IMG/VR virus record: IMGVR_UViG_3300020239_000024
Coordinates: 1 to 24,840 of that record
Source of the DNA: a virus
Lineage: Duplodnaviria > Caudoviricetes
Direction: 5' to 3' (one strand)
Length of the DNA stretch: 24,840 nt
A program made the position numbers and the translations under genes. The first letter of the stretch is position 1; every line of letters begins with the position of its first letter. Below, piece by piece: positions 18,091-24,840 of the stretch. The notes beneath the pieces were generated by a model. It saw only the letters and a program-made list of their open reading frames with translations. It was not told the origin of the DNA and ran no database searches.

Positions 18091-19559
18091 TATGTTACCT
18101 CATATACTTTCCATTGTAATGTACCTGAAATATTATTTACATTTCTAGTCCAAAGTTGAACTCTCAATACTACACCTGTAAAAGCAGGAGTTCCTGTTCC
18201 ACCACCCCAAGTAGTATTAAGAATTATATCAGCTTGCCATCCCCAATCAACATTAGGAACAGCAGAAGTAGGAGCTGATACACTAGCTCCTGTAATACCT
18301 CCTACAACTGGAACAAAAGTTTTAGATGTATTTACCCAGGGAGTAGTACCTAAACCAGAAACATTAATAAAATATGTTTTACTAACATGATATATACCTA
18401 AAGGAACAAGATTTGTTGACGGAATACTATAAGTTCCCGAAGCTGCAACAAGTTGTCGTGATATGACTACCCCATTAAATTCAGCAGCTCCACTTTGTCG
18501 TATTCTCCAACCTGCACTTCCACTACTATAATTAAGTGATTGAATATCACTAGCTAATTTAGTCATACCAATAGCATTAGTACCAATTCTATCTACGCTT
18601 AAAGTACCTGAAGTTATTGATTCAGCTGTTATGTTTCCTCTTGCAGTTATGTTATTAAATTCTGCGTTACCTGTTCCTCTTTCTATTTTCCAACCAGCAC
18701 TACCTGCACTATAAGTATCAGATTGTAAATCAGCACCTATAGGTATAACACCTTCTACAGTTCCAAATGTTATTATCTGGCCATTAGTAGCTTCATCAGT
18801 TTCAACTTGAAATGTAACTTGCCAATGTTTATGGGATATAGTTGTACCTCCACCCATAGCAGCAGTAATAGGAAGATACTGCCAGCCTATAGTTGATAAG
18901 TCAGCATTGTTTGCTAAACTAAACACACCTGAATCATAATCATAGCCATCTATTACAGCACCTGATGAACCTAACGGTGGTGCTGAGGGTGCACTTGTTT
19001 GAGCTACATTATAATATAATATGCCATTAGCTATTGCACCACCAAATAATAATTTAGGATCAGTCCATTTAGCAATAACTGTTTGCCCAGCAGTTCCTAT
19101 TATTTTAGCTTCAGAAAACCATACATTAATACCAGCTCTTGTTAATTTTGTTTTAGTCCAACCTACACTTGAACTCCATACACCTCCTGAAACTTGATAA
19201 GATGTTGTACCTGGATTAGTAGGGCGAGCGCTTTGTTCTATATATTGTTTTATTGTAGTATCTATTACTGTATCTGAATATTCTGAAAATGTTGCGCCTG
19301 TTACGGGTAAAGTAGGTAAAGTATCTGTATATGCTACATGTGCAATAAAACCAGCACCATCTGAATATGGTGTAAATTGTTGTCCTTGACCATCTTGTGT
19401 TTTAGCATATATTGCAATTAAATTTGAAGGTACATTTACTGATTCATTTATATTATCTATTTGATGCTGCATTCTATTAGTAGCTTCAGTAACAGATTTT
19501 TCCCATGCTAATGTAGACGTATCTTTATTAATATCTAATGAAGGTTCATTAATCGTCAT
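18090..19559 (-). CDS. tail fiber / host-specificity protein
   Basis: Thr/Ser/Gly-rich beta-type sequence; two copies of SxxYSxGSAGWxIx(3-4)GxAEFN resembling gpJ-type fiber segments; directly downstream of the nozzle gene. Confidence 0.7.
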   Translation of the reverse strand: MTINEPSLDINKDTSTLAWEKSVTEATNRMQHQIDNINESVNVPSNLIAIYAKTQDGQGQQFTPYSDGAGFIAHVAYTDTLPTLPVTGATFSEYSDTVIDTTIKQYIEQSARPTNPGTTSYQVSGGVWSSSVGWTKTKLTRAGINVWFSEAKIIGTAGQTVIAKWTDPKLLFGGAIANGILYYNVAQTSAPSAPPLGSSGAVIDGYDYDSGVFSLANNADLSTIGWQYLPITAAMGGGTTISHKHWQVTFQVETDEATNGQIITFGTVEGVIPIGADLQSDTYSAGSAGWKIERGTGNAEFNNITARGNITAESITSGTLSVDRIGTNAIGMTKLASDIQSLNYSSGSAGWRIRQSGAAEFNGVVISRQLVAASGTYSIPSTNLVPLGIYHVSKTYFINVSGLGTTPWVNTSKTFVPVVGGITGASVSAPTSAVPNVDWGWQADIILNTTWGGGTGTPAFTGVVLRVQLWTRNVNNISGTLQWKVYEVT

Positions 19560-21664
19560 CTAGTTCCTCCATCTTGTACTTCAATTTGAATACCAGATAA
19601 ATTCCATGATACTGATGTAGCCGCACCATCATCTATTCTATAACTTATAAATCTACCATTTAATCTTGAATCAGATTTATATGAAGTAGATGTATTAAAA
19701 GTACCTGTAACATTAGGACTAGCAAAGTTTATTGCAGCTCCTGGACTATTACTTGAAATTGTTTTAACATTTAATGTTGCTGCTGAACCATCATCTTGAG
19801 TTAATAAAGCTATTGATTTAAATGATTCAGTATAAAACTCTGGTGTTATTGATAATTTTTCACGTTCTAAGTAAGAAGTATAAGGATCATCACTGTTATC
19901 TAATACTCTATGCGTATAACCTATATCAGCAGCTAAGATAGAAGAACCAGAGTTACTTGTTCCTGATGTGCATACTTGTGCAAACACTGGAAATAATTTA
20001 TCAAAGCTAACTGTAGTTGCACTCCAAGGTCTTTCATTATTTCCTGAACCTTTAACAGGTGCGATAACTCCAGATACAATTCCATTTAAATCTCTTACTG
20101 TCCAATTATTTAATCTATAATTATATATTAATGCTTCATTACAAACTTCACTAGTACCCTTAGGATAATTAATCCATATTTCATCTTGTTGTTGATTACG
20201 TAATACAAATAGTTTATTAGCTTTTGCATTATTTAAATTATTATAAAAATAATCTCGCACCCTTGAATCTGCAATTGAAGTTATATTACCAGGGTTTCCT
20301 GAAAATACATATATATCATTACTACCAACAACTAAATGCCTACCATCAAATTCAACAATACCATCAGTTGTTTGTCCACCATATTGTGAAGTAACTGGTG
20401 AAAATGCTACAGGTGTTACAATACTATTAGTTAATCTTAAAGCATGTATAGATGTATTTGTATAAATATACATATTACCTTGAAGCTGCACTAAGTCTTG
20501 CACAGTTGCAGTATCTGATAATGTAAATTCATCTGCTGTATTTGTACCTTCTGCAAATGGATTCCAATTCTGTGGTACTGAACCTGGTACTGCTACATCT
20601 GAAGTTCTTACAACTCCCGGTAAGCTACGTATAACACCAGCAGTTGTAGTTTCTTTTAAATTACCAGCAACTAAAAAGTTACCAAAAGATCTTATAACAC
20701 CACAACTAGTAGCTATAGGATTTCTTGATATAACAAAACATCTTACAACATCATCTTGTACAATGTTAGTATTAAAAACAATATTAGTAGTGTTAGTATC
20801 AGGATTATTATATATAGCATATTGAAAGTTACTATTAGCTGAAGTAGCTGGGCTTCCTGGTACATCTCCTGGTACAAAGTTAGTTGGTATTACACCACCA
20901 TTAGGTGCATTACTTCCTGGATTAGTTGCTGCAGCTATAGGTGCACAATTAGTTGTAGTTTCATTTGGAGTTTGTTTAGTTACATGTAAAGTGTTTTTAG
21001 TAAAATCTATTTTCTGTCCCAAATCAAATAGCCTAGGATTTTCTGGTGTAACTCCTGATAAACCATATGCTAATTGAACAGTAGCTTCTAATACTTTAGG
21101 CGCTGAGTTATATGATTCCCATCCTGGTAATTTAGAAAAGTTAGGTACTGCAGCTATATCAGTATTATCAACATCGTCCATTATAAAATGTGGTGCTTGT
21201 ATACCATTATTTATTATTAAACAAAATCCACCAGCAAATTCAGTTGACTGCCAGTTTTCACTTGCAGCAAAACCTTTATTAGCACCAGTACCTTGTAAGT
21301 CTGTAGTAGGGGTTACATCATTTATAGTACCATCAGTTCTATAAAGAAATGTACGATTACCTACTACATTACCACCTATTTTTTGTTCAGCTACAAATAC
21401 ATAATATGTAGTATTAGATGGAACTAAGTTAGGATTATTCCACCATGTTATAAATAATATATTACCTGCAGTAGATCCTCCAGGCATTGGTATAGTTAAG
21501 TCAGCTGTTAATGCTACATCGCCTTTCATTTTCCATGCAGCCATATCTCGGAATCTCATATTCCTGGCATCAGTAAATACATTAGGTGCTAAACCAACTG
21601 TTGGTGTATCTTTAACTACACCAAACTTAGTTAGCTCATTAATAGGTATAACTTTACTTGCCAT
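19556..21664 (-). CDS. tail tubular protein B / nozzle (P22 gp10-like stabilization protein)
   Basis: 702 aa, beta-propeller-like repeats (NVFTDARNMRF, IRSFGNFLVAGN, DEIWINYP, ALIYNYRLNNW, RLNGRFISYRI); SD AAGGAG. Confidence 0.7.
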   Translation of the reverse strand: MASKVIPINELTKFGVVKDTPTVGLAPNVFTDARNMRFRDMAAWKMKGDVALTADLTIPMPGGSTAGNILFITWWNNPNLVPSNTTYYVFVAEQKIGGNVVGNRTFLYRTDGTINDVTPTTDLQGTGANKGFAASENWQSTEFAGGFCLIINNGIQAPHFIMDDVDNTDIAAVPNFSKLPGWESYNSAPKVLEATVQLAYGLSGVTPENPRLFDLGQKIDFTKNTLHVTKQTPNETTTNCAPIAAATNPGSNAPNGGVIPTNFVPGDVPGSPATSANSNFQYAIYNNPDTNTTNIVFNTNIVQDDVVRCFVISRNPIATSCGVIRSFGNFLVAGNLKETTTAGVIRSLPGVVRTSDVAVPGSVPQNWNPFAEGTNTADEFTLSDTATVQDLVQLQGNMYIYTNTSIHALRLTNSIVTPVAFSPVTSQYGGQTTDGIVEFDGRHLVVGSNDIYVFSGNPGNITSIADSRVRDYFYNNLNNAKANKLFVLRNQQQDEIWINYPKGTSEVCNEALIYNYRLNNWTVRDLNGIVSGVIAPVKGSGNNERPWSATTVSFDKLFPVFAQVCTSGTSNSGSSILAADIGYTHRVLDNSDDPYTSYLEREKLSITPEFYTESFKSIALLTQDDGSAATLNVKTISSNSPGAAINFASPNVTGTFNTSTSYKSDSRLNGRFISYRIDDGAATSVSWNLSGIQIEVQDGGTR

Positions 21665-21674
21665 TTAATTCTCC

Positions 21675-23444
21675 TTAAGCACACTCCTTCTGACCAGTTT
21701 GAGGGTCTATAAAACAAGCCTCAACTTGCTCCTCTTCCTTAACTGTCTCAGGCGCATTTGCGTTCTTCTCTTTTTCTTCCACGGTTTGAAGGACTCCGAA
21801 TCGTTTACCACTAAGTCTAAACGTGGTGCATCCTTTCGCCCCGCCTTTCCAGGCATCAACATAAACTTGTTTGAAATCTTCATATGTAACTTCATCACCT
21901 ACATTACAGGTTTTTGAACACGCACTATCTATATAGTTTTGTGCCAATAATAGTACAGCCAAATGCTCATTAACATTTATATCATTAGCTCCACGTCCCT
22001 CGATTCCTTTATTGTAAGCATAATCTTTTACTCTCTCTGTTTTAGGCCCTTCAAAAGTTTGTATAGTTCTATCATAGTAATGACTAAATACAGGTTCAAT
22101 ACCTCCGCTAACATTATCAGCAACTAAACTAATAGTACCTGTTGGTGCTATTGAAGTTAAGTGGCTATTACGAATTCCATGTTCTCTTATTAATTTTTTA
22201 ACTGAAGCTGGTAATCCTCGAATAAAGTTTGATTTTAAATAATCTTCTCTATATAATGGGAATGCACCTTTTTCTTTTGCCAATAATGCAGATGCTTTAT
22301 ATGTAGTATCACGTAAACATGCAAATACTTTTTCAGCCCATGTCATAAAGTCTTCAGAAGCATATGGCTTACCAAGTAATTCACCAGCATTTGCTAAGCC
22401 AGTAACACCTAAACCCATTCTTCTTTTATCTTTAGCTTCGTCAGCTTGTTTCTTTAATGGATAAATAGTTCTATCAATAACATTATCCATAGCTCTTACT
22501 ACTTCGTATATATCTGATTTAAATCTTTTGAAATCAAATTCAAAATGTGATTCAGCTACTTCACCACCTGCAATTTGTTCTTCATCTAAATACTTTGTTA
22601 AATTAAATGAACCTAGTAAGCACGCGCCATACGGTGGTAGCGGTTGTTCACCACACGGATTTGTAGCAAATATATCTTCACAGTAATAAAGGTTATTCAT
22701 TTCACCTATGCGATCAATAAATAAAACACCAGGCTCAGCCCAGTCCCAAGTGCTATCCATGATTTTATCCCAAAGGTCTCTTGCACATATCGTTCTATAT
22801 GGCTTTCCCTGGAATTCCAACGTAAAGCTGCTATCCAAATCATTAGTCAATGCCTCCATAAATTTATCAGTTATACCAACACTAATATTAAAACCAGTAA
22901 GCTTATCAGAATTACGTTTAGCCATAATGAATTCTTCAATATCCGGATGGTCGACTCTGAGGACACCCATCTGCGCCCCACGTCTGTGTCCTGAGCTAGC
23001 GATGGTTTGACACACAGCATCAAAGATACCCATGAAGGAAACAGGGCCGCTAGCCTGGCTATCGAGTGATTTAATTTTATCTCCCCTTGGTCGGATGCGA
23101 CTAAAATCATAACCAATCCCACCCCCTCTACGCATTGTTTCAGCAGCTTCACTGGCCTTCTCCATTATACTGTTCATGTTATCCTCAATTACTCCTGACA
23201 CGAAACAGTTATATGCAGTTGTAATTCTATTAGATCCTATAGCAGCTTGTACTCTACCTGCTGGTAAGAATCTCATATTACCTAATATATCTTCTAGCTT
23301 ATACCGATGTTCATCATCATCTGATAAAGTCCTTGATATTCTTTTAATTTTTTCATCAAAGCTTTCGTCTTTTTGTCTATATTTCATTTCATCTATTTCT
23401 TTTGATATAGATGATTCTGGTCCTAAATATTCTGTATTATGCAT
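21675..23444 (-). CDS. nrdJ: class II adenosylcobalamin-dependent ribonucleotide reductase
   Basis: FLPAGR, NCFV, GGGIG, RRGAQM, TNPCGEQPL, CLLGSFNL, RRMGLG, IAPTGTIS, C-terminal Cys pair CFIDPQTGQKEC. Compact, without an ATP cone or class I Tyr-Tyr pair, and no beta subunit nearby. Confidence 0.85.
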   Translation of the reverse strand: MHNTEYLGPESSISKEIDEMKYRQKDESFDEKIKRISRTLSDDDEHRYKLEDILGNMRFLPAGRVQAAIGSNRITTAYNCFVSGVIEDNMNSIMEKASEAAETMRRGGGIGYDFSRIRPRGDKIKSLDSQASGPVSFMGIFDAVCQTIASSGHRRGAQMGVLRVDHPDIEEFIMAKRNSDKLTGFNISVGITDKFMEALTNDLDSSFTLEFQGKPYRTICARDLWDKIMDSTWDWAEPGVLFIDRIGEMNNLYYCEDIFATNPCGEQPLPPYGACLLGSFNLTKYLDEEQIAGGEVAESHFEFDFKRFKSDIYEVVRAMDNVIDRTIYPLKKQADEAKDKRRMGLGVTGLANAGELLGKPYASEDFMTWAEKVFACLRDTTYKASALLAKEKGAFPLYREDYLKSNFIRGLPASVKKLIREHGIRNSHLTSIAPTGTISLVADNVSGGIEPVFSHYYDRTIQTFEGPKTERVKDYAYNKGIEGRGANDINVNEHLAVLLLAQNYIDSACSKTCNVGDEVTYEDFKQVYVDAWKGGAKGCTTFRLSGKRFGVLQTVEEKEKNANAPETVKEEEQVEACFIDPQTGQKECA

Positions 23445-23452
23445 TATTGCAC

Positions 23453-23478
23453 CCCCTAAAATTACGATGTTATAGGGG
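23453..23478 (-). promoter_or_regulatory. hairpin overlapping the nrdJ ribosome-binding site
   Basis: Minus strand CCCCTA-N14-TAGGGG; the 3' arm is the G-rich SD-like sequence ~8 nt upstream of the nrdJ ATG. Confidence 0.35.
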
Positions 23479-23486
23479 ACATTTAA

Positions 23487-23906
23487 TTAGTCTTTCATTT
23501 TACCAATTTTATCAACTAATACATTTATTTGAGCTTCTAATGCACGCTCTTCAGGACGCTTCTTTCTAGCACCTAAATAACCTGCTACTATCCATAACAC
23601 TCCAATAACTACAGCTATACCAATCATATACTGCATGAAGTTTGCAATAGCGAAAGACATTAGTTCATAAAACGAATTTATCTGTCCATCTTCACCACCG
23701 TAATCGGCAGCACTTAAAGGCGCATCATCCACGGCTATGCTCCCAGCCAGGGCACCACCCGCAGTCACACCTGCAACTATCGCAGGACTGCTTGTAACTA
23801 GACTTGCAACAGCTGCAGCGCCCGAAGCGCCAGCTCCTGTAACAATATCTGAAAAATCCGTTCGGCAACCCGCTAATAATAATATAGGCAGTATTAAGTA
23901 CCTCAT
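23487..23906 (-). CDS. lipoprotein with C-terminal transmembrane helix (unimolecular-spanin-like architecture)
   Basis: Signal MRYLILPILLLAG-C (lipobox LAGC), Gly/Ala-rich middle, TM MIGIAVVIGVLWIVAGYLGA followed by RKKR; SD AAGGAG. Confidence 0.6.
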   Translation of the reverse strand: MRYLILPILLLAGCRTDFSDIVTGAGASGAAAVASLVTSSPAIVAGVTAGGALAGSIAVDDAPLSAADYGGEDGQINSFYELMSFAIANFMQYMIGIAVVIGVLWIVAGYLGARKKRPEERALEAQINVLVDKIGKMKD

Positions 23907-24157
23907 AAAGTTTTCTCCTTATCATCTTTTCTCCTCTCTTTAAATTTACATTGCTCTCTCATAGTTAATTGTGGTTGAAACTTCCATCTTACATTATCAT
24001 TATCACAATTATCTATAAACATCATCAATGCTTTAAACGCAAACCCCTGGAATATTAATCTATTATTGTTATAAAATTTTCCTCGATCTTTATTTATTTC
24101 TAATTTATATTGTTTATGTGCATATTTCAAAGTATCCCTCGCTGAACAAGCATCCAT
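23903..24157 (-). CDS. hypothetical protein (84 aa)
   Basis: ORF overlapping both neighbours; start codon uncertain. Confidence 0.5.
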   Translation of the reverse strand: MDACSARDTLKYAHKQYKLEINKDRGKFYNNNRLIFQGFAFKALMMFIDNCDNDNVRWKFQPQLTMREQCKFKERRKDDKEKTL

Positions 24158-24603
24158 AAAGTTCCTACGATGGACCCTACAAATACGATTGCAAGTAAAA
24201 TGATTCCTACTACTTGAAGAAGGTTTCTACGCAGCTCAGCTTGTTTATATAAGGTTTCTTGTCTTTGCTTACGAATTTTAACTTGCATCTTTAAAAGATC
24301 TTGCCATGCACTTGGACCATGTGTTAAGTTAATCCAATTACGTAATTCTTCTTCCATAGCTTCTGCTTTCTTTTTAGCAGCAAAAGCATCCATAGCTTCT
24401 TGTTCCACACTACTACCTGCAAATAATTTTTTAAATACCGGTGGATTATTTGCCATCTTAGCTGATTGATTTACATCAGAGACTGCACCCATCCATCGTC
24501 CTATGTCGCCGTACATTGACTCGACATCTTTTCCCATTTGGAAGCCCTTCTTAATTAACGAGAAGGCGGTTGAGGCCGTCGCGAGAGCTGTTACAGGATC
24601 CAT
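24127..24603 (-). CDS. hypothetical membrane protein (coiled coil plus C-terminal TM)
   Basis: MDPVTALATAS start, helical middle, C-terminal hydrophobic VVGIILLAIVFVGSIVGTLWMLV; SD GAGAGG. Confidence 0.7.
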   Translation of the reverse strand: MDPVTALATASTAFSLIKKGFQMGKDVESMYGDIGRWMGAVSDVNQSAKMANNPPVFKKLFAGSSVEQEAMDAFAAKKKAEAMEEELRNWINLTHGPSAWQDLLKMQVKIRKQRQETLYKQAELRRNLLQVVGIILLAIVFVGSIVGTLWMLVQRGIL

Positions 24604-24616
24604 ATATTATACCTCT

Positions 24617-24793
24617 CTAGTCTTTCTTCCTCGGTATACAGTATGCTTTCACATATATTTTGTCCCCTGCTATTCTTTGATTGTGATTTTGTTGTGCAAC
24701 TTTTCTGGAATATTCTAAACAAGTGTCTAAGTTATTAAAATATACGGGCTCTTGTTCTTTACTTGCTAAGAATACAATCAGCACCCATAACAT
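24617..24793 (-). CDS. small secreted/membrane hypothetical protein (58 aa, two Cys)
   Basis: Read by hand: MLWVLIVFLASKEQEPVYFNNLDTCLEYSRKVAQQNHNQRIAGDKIYVKAYCIPRKKD*; TAATG-coupled to the upstream ORF. Confidence 0.6.
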   Translation of the reverse strand: MLWVLIVFLASKEQEPVYFNNLDTCLEYSRKVAQQNHNQRIAGDKIYVKAYCIPRKKD

Positions 24794-24840
24794 TACTTCA
24801 TCCAGCCTGAAGCTAAATTACTTAGTACTCCTATTGAACC
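24793..24840 (-). CDS. 3' end of an upstream gene (partial)
   Basis: Open frame from the window edge ...GSIGVLSNLASGWMK*, whose stop overlaps the next ATG. Confidence 0.45.
   Translation of the reverse strand, partial: GSIGVLSNLASGWMK

Noticed and set aside
439-23444. Introns, inteins or homing endonucleases in the helicase, RNAPs or nrdJ
   Set aside because: The ORFs are continuous and compact, with no intein termini or HNH/LAGLIDADG/GIY-YIG motifs seen.
23445-23700. Cobalamin riboswitch upstream of nrdJ
   Set aside because: The gap is only ~42 nt and no B12-box consensus was recognised.
5953-24718. Plus-strand ORFs opposite the virion block, and alternate-frame minus ORFs (13786-14046, 21707-21898, 22871-23152, 23725-23925)
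   Set aside because: They overlap confidently assigned genes, have shadow-like composition and show no independent evidence.
1-24840. Repeated T7-like 23-bp promoters or N4-type hairpin promoters
   Set aside because: No recurring consensus found by eye. Intergenic space is minimal and early promoters probably lie outside the window; a motif search on the full genome is needed.

Overview
AT-rich, densely coding fragment of a tailed dsDNA phage with podovirus-type genes and probably a Gram-negative host; no tRNA, rRNA, CRISPR array or mobile element was seen. The + strand (1-4919) carries a replication/transcription block: RusA-like resolvase, T7 gp4-like primase-helicase, dCMP deaminase, a short (729 aa) T7-family single-subunit RNA polymerase and a small ORF. 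It converges at a bidirectional intrinsic terminator (~4918-4966) on a long - strand block: small membrane/lysis-like genes, a class II (B12-dependent) ribonucleotide reductase, tail nozzle, tail fiber, a GNAT-like protein and five cysteine-free internal-virion (ejection) proteins. The main result is that the last ejection-type protein (1242 aa, 5230-8958) contains all single-subunit RNAP catalytic motifs in order and in an N4 virion-RNAP-like form. The phage therefore appears to encode two Pol A-family RNAPs, one injected and one made during infection. The neighbouring ejection proteins carry an SNase/thermonuclease-like domain and a phage-tail-lysozyme domain. All calls come from motif reading by eye; no database search was run.
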